A stretch of 20,000 nt of DNA, taken from the IMG/VR virus record IMGVR_UViG_3300010885_047555; one strand, written 5' to 3'. This document shows, in pieces, positions 1 to 7,284 of the stretch. The notes under the pieces were generated by a model that saw nothing but the letters and a program-made list of their open reading frames with translations, did no database searches and was not told the origin of the DNA. This stretch comes from an uncultured virus (IMG/VR IMGVR_UViG_3300010885_047555). Taxonomy: Duplodnaviria > Heunggongvirae > Uroviricota > Caudoviricetes. The translations under genes and the position numbers were made by a program. How positions within the stretch are numbered: position 1 is the first letter of the stretch; each line of letters begins with the position of its first letter.

Positions 1-1
1 T

Positions 2-628
2 AATTTAACGTCTTTTCTCAAGGCGGTAAAATCCTCTAATTCAGACATTGGGGATGCCGGCGGAGTAATTGCTGGATACAAATCTCGCGTACAAGAAATG
101 TCAGTTGAAAAAGGTATGAACGAAAACGATTTTGCGTGGTTATGGGAAGCAATCGAAGGTTTTGCGGCATACGGATTTAATCAAGCACATTCGGTTGCGT
201 ATGGACTTACTGCTTATAGATGCGCATATCTAGCGCAAAACCATCCAATTGAGTTTTTTGCCGCGGTTTTATCCGTGGCCGCCGGAACCGATAAAGAGCA
301 AAACTACATTGCCGCTGCTAGAAAGTATGGAGTAAGAATTTTATCCTCTGACGTTCAATATTCTGGCGTCACATACACAGTGGACAAAAAAAGAAAATCA
401 ATCAGAAAAGGTTTATTATCAATTAAAGGAGTAGGCGAAAAGGCAGCGATAGAAATTATTAATGCCAGGCCAGATGGTGGATGGAAAAATAAAGAAGATT
501 TCGCCAGTACTGTTAGCCACAGAAAAGTTACTGGAATTAAAGCCTTAAAAGAAGGAGATTCAACAGTGGGAACAATTGGCAAACTGCACGAATCTGGAGC
601 GTTAGAGAGTTTGTATGAAGCCGTTTGA
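2..628 (+). CDS. dnaE: DNA polymerase III alpha subunit (DnaE-like), C-terminal part; 5'-truncated by the window edge
   Basis: The frame is open from position 2 (NLTSFLKAVKSS...). It contains FAAYGFNQAHSVAYGLTAYRCAYLAQNHPIEFFAAVL, matching the DnaE F..YGFNKSH..AY..AY.K.H.P.EF.AALL motif, and the HhH motif GLLSIKGVGEKAA. Confidence 0.93.
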   Translation, partial: NLTSFLKAVKSSNSDIGDAGGVIAGYKSRVQEMSVEKGMNENDFAWLWEAIEGFAAYGFNQAHSVAYGLTAYRCAYLAQNHPIEFFAAVLSVAAGTDKEQNYIAAARKYGVRILSSDVQYSGVTYTVDKKRKSIRKGLLSIKGVGEKAAIEIINARPDGGWKNKEDFASTVSHRKVTGIKALKEGDSTVGTIGKLHESGALESLYEAV

Positions 629-968
629 CAGGGTAAAACTACGTTCTGAGGGCAAGTGCGAAGCCATGGTGTTCATTGAAGTAACTGGTGTTTGGACTAG
701 ATGCTGGAAGCAACCAGTTGAAGTTCACCACATGCTTACCAGGGGGCGTGGGGGAGCCGTGTTGGATAAAGCTGGGGAAATATACCATTTAATTGCTTTA
801 TGTCCGCGGTGTCACGCTGCAAGCGATGGGGGAGAGGCATATGAGGGGGACTTACTTATAGATGGATATGTAATAACAAATGAACTAGAAGAGCCAAAAT
901 ATTTAGGATCAGACAAATATCTAAGAAGAAAGTATGGAGATGACAAACCCACTAAAAAAGATAATTAA
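615..968 (+). CDS. HNH endonuclease family protein
   Basis: R..GKCE...C...EVHH...RGRGG...LIALCPRCH is a Zn-binding HNH pattern; overlaps the dnaE stop. Confidence 0.85.
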   Translation: MKPFDRVKLRSEGKCEAMVFIEVTGVWTRCWKQPVEVHHMLTRGRGGAVLDKAGEIYHLIALCPRCHAASDGGEAYEGDLLIDGYVITNELEEPKYLGSDKYLRRKYGDDKPTKKDN

Positions 969-1704
969 TGCCGCTAGCCTTCCGGTTACCGTTAGACATT
1001 CTCGTTGGTTAGAACTAAACAGCAACACCAAATACAACGAAAAGGCACTTAAGTTTGCCGCCGATGCACTTGCTCAAGATGTTGGTGGAAATAGAAAGCG
1101 CGCAAAGCGTTTATTTAGGTCTTCCGCCATGGGGCAGTGTGATAGAAAGCGCGTCATGGCCTACGTTGGCGCTCCTGAACAAATTGTAGAAAACGCAGAT
1201 CTTGCTAATATTTTTCATACGGGAAACTTCTTGCACCTGAAATGGCAAATGGCTGGTTTAACCGAAGGGTGGTTAGCTGAAGCAGAAGTTCCGGCAGAAA
1301 GCCCAACCATGTTACTAGGCGGAACTATGGACGGAATTCTTTACAACGGACACGGCCTAGAATTCAAAACTATTAACTCAAATGGGTTTAGATATGTCAT
1401 GGATAGGGGTCCAGATAAAAAGCACATACTTCAAGTACATTCATACATGGCAATGACGGATATAGAACAATTTTCTATTATTTACGAAAACAAAGATACT
1501 GGCGTATGGAGAGAATTTGGAGTAAAAAAAGATGATAACATTATTAGCGAAGTTGTTAATAAAATTGATGAACTCACACAAGCTCTCGAAAGAGAGGAAT
1601 TACCACCGATGCTCCCCCTCTGTCAAACCAAAGAAGGAACAGAATTCAGATACTGTCAATTTAGCGATATCTGTGGGACATCCAAGTACTCAGACTTTAA
1701 GTGA
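934..1704 (+). CDS. Cas4-like PD-(D/E)XK exonuclease (solo, phage type)
   Basis: N-terminal SSAMGQCDRK, catalytic GTMDG...LEFKT, QVHSYM (QxxxY), and C-terminal C-x9-C-x5-C. The 1+3 Cys layout fits the Cas4/AddB Fe-S staple. Start could be 934 or 940. Confidence 0.85.
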   Translation: MEMTNPLKKIINAASLPVTVRHSRWLELNSNTKYNEKALKFAADALAQDVGGNRKRAKRLFRSSAMGQCDRKRVMAYVGAPEQIVENADLANIFHTGNFLHLKWQMAGLTEGWLAEAEVPAESPTMLLGGTMDGILYNGHGLEFKTINSNGFRYVMDRGPDKKHILQVHSYMAMTDIEQFSIIYENKDTGVWREFGVKKDDNIISEVVNKIDELTQALEREELPPMLPLCQTKEGTEFRYCQFSDICGTSKYSDFK

Positions 1705-1870
1705 GAATTTAGATGATATTGAGTATCCCGAAAGATATATACAGGAAGATGGAGAAATTGTCTGTCACCATTGCGGAAAAATCTGGAAAATTGAAGAGCT
1801 CAGAGTCCATTGTGGATCACCATCCTGCGATTGGTTTAAGTGTGACTGTAAAAACTTCTTCAGAATATGA
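1700..1870 (+). CDS. Possible small Cys-rich (zinc-finger-like) protein, start uncertain
   Basis: The 3' part of ORF 1532..1870 lies in the gap after cas4 and reads SENLDDIEYPERYIQEDGEIVCHHCGK...HCGSPSCDWFKCDCK. No canonical in-frame start near 1700. Confidence 0.45.
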   Translation, partial: SENLDDIEYPERYIQEDGEIVCHHCGKIWKIEELRVHCGSPSCDWFKCDCKNFFRI

Positions 1871-1871
1871 A

Positions 1872-1964
1872 GCGACGCCGGCTCAACCTATCCTAAAGGA
1901 AGGGAGCCGACGCCGCGCCGCCCGCATTTCAGATAACTAATCGCTGGACGGCACCTAAAAGTGC
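1872..1964 (-). ncRNA. Candidate structured RNA or terminator-like element on the minus strand (three stems)
   Basis: Inverted repeats 1872-1884/1904-1916, 1918-1923/1946-1951 and 1951-1955/1960-1964. All four opposed mismatches are A-C on the + strand, i.e. G-U pairs on the - strand. Confidence 0.5.
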
Positions 1965-2006
1965 TATCTATAAAATAACATACTTTTCAAACCACTAGGA
2001 CTATAT

Positions 2007-2405
2007 ATGGCTGTAAAAATTAAAAAGGGAGAAGAAAAACACATCCAGCTGTCCAGCAGACTCATGGATGTTCCACTCAGTCTTGGATTGCCATCGGTAG
2101 AAGATTTATGGATAGAAATATCTACTTATGTCGACATTTTATTGGGCAGAGAAGAATCTCCCATAGACTCGCCGTACTTAGCCTTGGCAGAATGCGCTAC
2201 GGCATACTATTCTCGCGCACAAGAAATAGATATGTTAATACATTCAGCGGAGCGAGAAGGAGCGGTTATGAGAGGATCTAGTTACTATAAATTCAGAACT
2301 GGTGAACTGCGTTCGTTTATTGAATTGGCAAAGAAATGTGCTGAACTTGGCTCCAGAAGATTAACCCAAGAACAGCTTCTGCAACAACAAAGATTTGAGG
2401 AATAA
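2007..2405 (+). CDS. Hypothetical helical phage protein
   Basis: 132 aa ORF with AGGA upstream of the ATG; its stop overlaps the next start (TAATG). Confidence 0.75.
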   Translation: MAVKIKKGEEKHIQLSSRLMDVPLSLGLPSVEDLWIEISTYVDILLGREESPIDSPYLALAECATAYYSRAQEIDMLIHSAEREGAVMRGSSYYKFRTGELRSFIELAKKCAELGSRRLTQEQLLQQQRFEE

Positions 2406-2590
2406 TGAAAACTGTTTATTTTTGTGTAGCGATTTCAATAGGATTAGTTATTGTTGCTATAACTCAAACAATGCCGACTAAATCAGTTCCTTCTGTAACG
2501 CAAACACCAACTGTATCTTCTACGCAGACACTTAACATCCCAACACCTGGTCCAAAACCGGCTGGCGACGATGGTGAAAGCAATGGCTAA
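2405..2590 (+). CDS. Small membrane-anchored or secreted protein with Thr/Pro-rich tail
   Basis: N-terminal hydrophobic segment VYFCVAISIGLVIVAI, then a T/P/S-rich stretch; GAGG upstream and TAATG coupling. Confidence 0.65.
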   Translation: MKTVYFCVAISIGLVIVAITQTMPTKSVPSVTQTPTVSSTQTLNIPTPGPKPAGDDGESNG

Positions 2591-2597
2591 AGGGACA

Positions 2598-2948
2598 ATG
2601 GACGCTACAATAATTTCAGCAATTTCAGTAACATGTTTTATTTTTGGTTTTTCTTTAAGTGCCTATATGTCGTATTTATCTAAAAAAATAGAAAATAAAA
2701 CTAGTGAAGAATTTGAAGTTGGAATAAGAAAAAAAGCCGCCATGGAGTTATCAATGCACGCATATTTTCAGCTTGGAGAAGTTGTAGATAAAGAACTTCT
2801 GCAAGAAATGTCATCAGAATTAATTGGCTTTAACTTAGGCTTGCACACAGCAGGTTTAATTATCAACAGCGAGCCAGGCTCACGACTATTGATAGTAGAA
2901 AAAGTAAGCGATGATGGAGAAATTGTCTACGACGTGGAGAAAACGTGA
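2598..2948 (+). CDS. Hypothetical protein with N-terminal transmembrane helix
   Basis: IISAISVTCFIFGFSLSAYM hydrophobic helix. ATG at 2598 follows AAGGGA (alternative starts 2571, 2583); GTGA overlap with the next gene. Confidence 0.65.
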   Translation: MDATIISAISVTCFIFGFSLSAYMSYLSKKIENKTSEEFEVGIRKKAAMELSMHAYFQLGEVVDKELLQEMSSELIGFNLGLHTAGLIINSEPGSRLLIVEKVSDDGEIVYDVEKT

Positions 2949-3523
2949 CTACAATAATTGCAGTACAAGGCACTGGCTGGGCAAGCATGGGATACGATTC
3001 AGCCGTGACAGAAGCTCATAAAAAATCAATAGTAAAAAATTCTAAATATTTTAAGCGCGGTGAGTTTCACGTTGTATTTGCTGGAGACTTAAGAGCGGGA
3101 CAGATTATTTCAAATGAACTAATTTTACCGTCATCTAAAAGTATTGTCACCTACGAAGAATTTGATAAATATATTTATTCTGATTTCATTGGTTCATTAA
3201 TCAATGTATTAAAGGATAATGATGTAGAACTGACAGAAGAAAAAGGGTGGCCAATTGAAATGCTTGTCATGTGGAATGGAATTGTATGTGAAGTAAGTTC
3301 CGATCTATCTTTTGGTAGAGAAGACAGAGGAATGTACGCTCTAGGAACGGGCCAGGGATATGGCTTGGGAGCGTTATCCGCGTTGTACAGCGGAGGAACA
3401 CAAAAAAGCGCTAATGAAGCAATTAAACAAGCGCTTACAATCGCATCTGAATATGATGCTTATACAGGGCTACCAGCCAATGTAATATCAACAAAATTAA
3501 AATCCAATTGGAAGGATATATAA
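2945..3523 (+). CDS. Ntn-hydrolase, proteasome beta-subunit/HslV-like threonine protease
   Basis: After Met removal: Thr1 (TTIIAV), Asp17 (GYDS), Lys33, then FAGD, ALGTG (GSG equivalent) and C-terminal DAYTG. These positions match the 20S-beta/HslV catalytic set. Confidence 0.85.
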   Translation: MTTIIAVQGTGWASMGYDSAVTEAHKKSIVKNSKYFKRGEFHVVFAGDLRAGQIISNELILPSSKSIVTYEEFDKYIYSDFIGSLINVLKDNDVELTEEKGWPIEMLVMWNGIVCEVSSDLSFGREDRGMYALGTGQGYGLGALSALYSGGTQKSANEAIKQALTIASEYDAYTGLPANVISTKLKSNWKDI

Positions 3524-3524
3524 A

Positions 3525-4046
3525 ATGGCACTACCAATTAAAAACGGAAAGATAACTAATCCGTACGGAATTAAAGGTAACCTTTGGTCTTCGGGTCGTC
3601 ACCAAGGAGCAGATTTTGCTACTCCCACCGGCACTCCACTTCTATCTGTTTCTGACGGAACAGTTGTCGGTGTTGGCCAATGCTGGGGCCCAGCTTTTGG
3701 AAATCATCAAGTAATCGTTCATTATGTAGTTAACAAGCTTAACTACTGGGCCATTTATGCGCATTGTTCGGCAGATTTTGTAAAAGTTGGTCAAAAAGTG
3801 AAGATGGGCGACAAGATTGCTCTTAGTGGGGCAGAAGGAAACGTAACTGGTCCTCACCTGCATTTTGAAGTTCACACTGTTGACCGGTGGGACAAGAAAA
3901 CAGACATCAACCCACAGTTTTTGTTTGACTTAAAATCAGCTTCAAAAGAAGTCGCATTGAAGAAGGCGGCAACCGCTAAAAAGGTCACACCCACGGTAAG
4001 AGAAATAACTTCTGCTTTAAAGTCTAAAAATATTAAAAGTGAATAG
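3525..4046 (+). CDS. M23 family zinc metallopeptidase, probable endolysin
   Basis: HQGADF (HxxxD), YAH, VKVGQKV and GNVTGPHLHFE (HxH) are classic M23 motifs; Lys/Ala-rich C-terminal tail. Confidence 0.92.
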   Translation: MALPIKNGKITNPYGIKGNLWSSGRHQGADFATPTGTPLLSVSDGTVVGVGQCWGPAFGNHQVIVHYVVNKLNYWAIYAHCSADFVKVGQKVKMGDKIALSGAEGNVTGPHLHFEVHTVDRWDKKTDINPQFLFDLKSASKEVALKKAATAKKVTPTVREITSALKSKNIKSE

Positions 4047-4103
4047 GAAGGTTTAGTAATCTTTATGTAGCCAAGCTCACAAAACTACGTAGAGAGAGCA
4101 CTA

Positions 4104-4400
4104 ATGCAATTCACACTCGACCAGATTCTTGGTTTTTTTGGAGTTCTTCTAGCTTTCTTTTATGGAATGTATAATCGCCGTGTGAGAAAGCTAGAAGATT
4201 CCATTGAAGAAATTAAAGACATTACAATCGAAATTAGACTGGAAACTAAAAATAATCACGGTAGCTCACTGCGTGATCAAACTGACAGAATTGAAGAAAG
4301 TCAAGAAAAAACAAATGAGAGACTTAACGGAATCTCAATAGTTTTGGCGAAACTTCAAGGCAGATTTGAACAGCACATGGAGCATACCGAGAAGGGATAA
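4104..4400 (+). CDS. Single-TM coiled-coil membrane protein, actinophage lysis-associated (DUF2746-like)
   Basis: TM segment ILGFFGVLLAFFYGMY, coiled-coil-like region and the motif NHGSSLRDQTDRIE; adjacent to the M23 gene. Family name is from recall. Confidence 0.65.
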   Translation: MQFTLDQILGFFGVLLAFFYGMYNRRVRKLEDSIEEIKDITIEIRLETKNNHGSSLRDQTDRIEESQEKTNERLNGISIVLAKLQGRFEQHMEHTEKG

Positions 4401-4402
4401 CC

Positions 4403-4651
4403 ATGAGTATTGCCGAGAGACTCTCTGAAGTAAGAGAGGACGGTCCGCCTTGGCAAACATGTTCCGTCCACTGGGTAAAAGAAAAACTGGCAAAAGAAGA
4501 GCAAACGGCGCTTGAAACGTTAATTTTTGAAAGAACAGTATCTTTTCATGCAGTAGCTAAAATCATAAAAGAAGAAGTCGGAGTAAGCGTCAGCCCCAAC
4601 GCAATTTCTAGACACTGTCGCTCCCTATGCAAATGCGAGGTGTCAAAATGA
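4403..4651 (+). CDS. Small HTH-like protein with Cys/His ligands
   Basis: TCSV ... SFHAVAKIIKEEVGVSVSPNAISRHCRSLCKC; ATGA overlap with the metallophosphoesterase start. Confidence 0.65.
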   Translation: MSIAERLSEVREDGPPWQTCSVHWVKEKLAKEEQTALETLIFERTVSFHAVAKIIKEEVGVSVSPNAISRHCRSLCKCEVSK

Positions 4652-5838
4652 GTTTTGCCGAAAAATTGAACGATTTACGTTCTCCAGGCAACCAGCCAGA
4701 TCCTAAAAAGAGCGCTCCATCTGGCTGGGAACCTGGAATTAAATACGAACCAAATGGCGAATGGACCGTCACCACAACTCCACAGCCATCTCTAAGCGAT
4801 CCAGAATCATGGAAAGCGGCCGTTGAATCGCTTGGTATTGAGGTACCAGAGGGTTGGTCTGTAAGGCTTGTAGAAGCCAGATACGATCCAGCAGCGTGGC
4901 ATAGAGACGAACCAGGTGAAGATGCTTACACAAAAGCAATTTGGCGTTACAAGTTCTCAGTTCATCCATCGGTAAATATTGCCAATGTTGATGAGCTTTT
5001 GTTGTTTTTGGACAAAAGAAAAGACATAAAGCCTTTAGTGCAAACCAAAGACGATACCTATGTAGTCACCATCTCAGACATGCAATGGGGAAAGGTTGAT
5101 GGGGGCGGTTCACAAGAGATTTTAGAGAATTTAATGACTTCACACGTAAAGTCACTAGAGAGATTTAAAAAACTCCGCAAAGACGAGAAAATCGACAAAG
5201 TGCTGATTCTTTTACCTGGTGACTGCATCGAGGGAACACAAAGCGGCGGCGGTATGAGGCTCTCACGTTTAGATTTGACTCTTACTGAAATGCTAAGGCT
5301 ATATCGCAGAACCACGCTCGCAATCGTGCAGGATTATTGCAACACCGCGTCATCGGTCACTGTTGTAGTGGTACCGGGAAACCATGACGAAGCAATTAGA
5401 ACCGGCAACAGCCTTAACACGACATATGACGATAGCCATGCGGTAGAGGGAGCTTCAATCGTAGCCGATACGCTTGACGCCGCTGGATATAAAAATGTGC
5501 ATTTCATATTCCCACAAAAAGACGAGCTTACTTGTGTGGTGGAAACATCTGGGGTAACCGTGGGACTCGTTCACGGACACCAAACACGAGGAAAAATGCA
5601 AAACTATCTTGCTAACCAAGCGCTTGGTAGACAATCCATTGGAACTGCAGACATTGTTGTGTCTGGGCACTATCACCATTTCCACGCTCAACAACTTGGA
5701 CCAACATGTTGGTTACAGGCCCCTGCACTTGATGGCGGTAGTACGTGGTTTAGGCATTCAAACGGAGTAGAAGCACCAAAAGGCATGCTTACATTTGTAG
5801 TTGGCGGCGGATACTGGCGAGGTTTGGAAATTTTGTGA
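4648..5838 (+). CDS. Calcineurin-like metallophosphoesterase (Mre11/SbcD superfamily)
   Basis: Motifs SDMQWGK, GDCIEG, GNHD, HGH and GHYH. The start at ATG 4648 overlaps the upstream stop. Confidence 0.9.
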   Translation: MSFAEKLNDLRSPGNQPDPKKSAPSGWEPGIKYEPNGEWTVTTTPQPSLSDPESWKAAVESLGIEVPEGWSVRLVEARYDPAAWHRDEPGEDAYTKAIWRYKFSVHPSVNIANVDELLLFLDKRKDIKPLVQTKDDTYVVTISDMQWGKVDGGGSQEILENLMTSHVKSLERFKKLRKDEKIDKVLILLPGDCIEGTQSGGGMRLSRLDLTLTEMLRLYRRTTLAIVQDYCNTASSVTVVVVPGNHDEAIRTGNSLNTTYDDSHAVEGASIVADTLDAAGYKNVHFIFPQKDELTCVVETSGVTVGLVHGHQTRGKMQNYLANQALGRQSIGTADIVVSGHYHHFHAQQLGPTCWLQAPALDGGSTWFRHSNGVEAPKGMLTFVVGGGYWRGLEIL

Positions 5839-6296
5839 TTGTCTGGGGAGCAGATTTGGGAGTCAGATCAGTTTACCTGTGTAAATGGGAAGACGGAAAG
5901 GTCGACCACACCTTTTACAATATCAAAAAACCAAAAGATAGATGGAAAGAACTTCAAGAAATTACTCTAATGATTAAAAATACAATCAAAGGAGATTTAT
6001 TATTTGTTGAAGAACCTGTGGTCGCTGGAGTAAGAAACTTAAGAACTTCACTAAAAATTGCGCAAAACGCTGGCGCGGTGTTTGCTGGAAGCGGTATTCC
6101 TGCTACATTTGTCCCAGTTTCCTCTTGGAAAAAAGAAATAGTCGGAAAAGGTAACGCTAAAAAAGAAGAAATAGCAGAGTTCTTAAAAATAAAACATAAT
6201 GAAATGTGGGCAAATTGCAATGAAGACCAAAATCTTATCGACGCCACTTGCGTTGCCTTATACGGAGTCAGTGAATGCCAGAAAAAAGATGGGTAA
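5835..6296 (+). CDS. ruvC: RuvC-like Holliday junction resolvase
   Basis: VWGADLG, LFVEEP, PVSSWKK..VGKGNAKKE and NLIDA..VA match the RuvC acidic-residue layout. Confidence 0.85.
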   Translation: MIVWGADLGVRSVYLCKWEDGKVDHTFYNIKKPKDRWKELQEITLMIKNTIKGDLLFVEEPVVAGVRNLRTSLKIAQNAGAVFAGSGIPATFVPVSSWKKEIVGKGNAKKEEIAEFLKIKHNEMWANCNEDQNLIDATCVALYGVSECQKKDG

Positions 6297-6766
6297 ACGC
6301 AGAGGAGTTTCTGCGCAATACCAGCGATGACGATTCTGACTTTTTTGAGCCAGAAGACACGGTTGACCGAGAAGAACTCAAAGATGTCTTAACGCGATAT
6401 TTAGAGCTTTTAACTCCGGAATGGCACAAAAAAGCCGCATGCGTTGGAATGGACGACAGCATATTTTTTGGCAATAAAGACATCGAAGTAAGACCAGCGC
6501 TTACTGTTTCAGAAATTAGATACGCAAAATCAATTTGCCTTAGTTGCGAAGCAATTTCTGATTGCTTTAATCACGCTATCACGTCTCGAGAGCGTTATGG
6601 TATTTGGGCTGGAATATCCGGTAGAACGAGAGCTAGAATTTTTGCGCTAATTGATTCGGGACAAATTACTGAAAAAGAAATCCTTAAAGAATTTAAAGAT
6701 GGAAAAATAGATAAATACGAAAAGGTAAAAACTTCAATAGTGGACATATATGACGAAGAAGAATAA
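6275..6766 (+). CDS. whiB: WhiB family Fe-S transcriptional regulator
   Basis: W.KKAAC...IFF...AKSICLSC.....C...YGIWAG has four Cys plus a G[VI]WGG-like turn. Confidence 0.92.
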   Translation: MPEKRWVNAEEFLRNTSDDDSDFFEPEDTVDREELKDVLTRYLELLTPEWHKKAACVGMDDSIFFGNKDIEVRPALTVSEIRYAKSICLSCEAISDCFNHAITSRERYGIWAGISGRTRARIFALIDSGQITEKEILKEFKDGKIDKYEKVKTSIVDIYDEEE

Positions 6767-7208
6767 TGACGCTGAAATGGTTCCAATGTCAGAGGAGCCT
6801 ACCGATCTTGAACGATCATTAGTCGCTCATAAACTACGGCTTTCTGGAATGACCTGGCAAGAAGTAGCCGATAAAGCTGGATATCCTAGCGATGCAGCAG
6901 CAAGGGTAGATGTTAGAGCATTCCTGCAAAAAGCTTCCATGGAAATGGAACGTTCAAGCAGAATTGAGGCTTTACAATATGAAGTTGACAGACTAGATCA
7001 ACTTCAAAGCGCAATTTGGGGCGCCGCAATAACTGGAGACTTGAAGACAATAGAAACTATATTAAAAATTATTTCTCTTAGATCTAAACTGATGGGACTT
7101 GATACTGCATTCGACGACCATTCTGGCAAAACAACCACTATCGTTGTTCCAATGGATGCAGCATCATACGTAAAGACGTTAAAAAGTATCTCGGGCTATC
7201 CTGAATAG
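6750..7208 (+). CDS. terS: Probable terminase small subunit (N-terminal HTH)
   Basis: AHKLRLSGMTWQEVADKAGY HTH, RLDQLQ..IW..A..GD...I..ILKI...RSKLMGLD; lies upstream of the large terminase. Confidence 0.7.
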   Translation: MTKKNNDAEMVPMSEEPTDLERSLVAHKLRLSGMTWQEVADKAGYPSDAAARVDVRAFLQKASMEMERSSRIEALQYEVDRLDQLQSAIWGAAITGDLKTIETILKIISLRSKLMGLDTAFDDHSGKTTTIVVPMDAASYVKTLKSISGYPE

Positions 7209-7230
7209 TCACATAAAGAATAATAGAGTT

Positions 7231-7274
7231 GGTTAGGTCTGGCTCTTGTGGGCAAAGTCAGGCCTAACCCTTTT
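7231..7274 (+). terminator. Intrinsic terminator-like hairpin followed by a short U tract
   Basis: GGTTAGGTCTGGCT (7231-7244) pairs with AGTCAGGCCTAACC (7256-7269): 14 bp with two G-U pairs on the + strand. CTTTT follows, then the AGGAG RBS. Confidence 0.6.
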
Positions 7275-7284
7275 AGGAGTATAA

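Noticed and set aside
934..1704. CRISPR-Cas system suggested by the Cas4-like gene
   Set aside because: No repeat-spacer array or other cas genes are visible; solo Cas4-like nucleases are common in phage replication modules.
1713..1940. 75-aa + strand ORF
   Set aside because: No clear RBS or motif. It competes with the Cys-rich frame and runs through the structured element; not excluded but unsupported.
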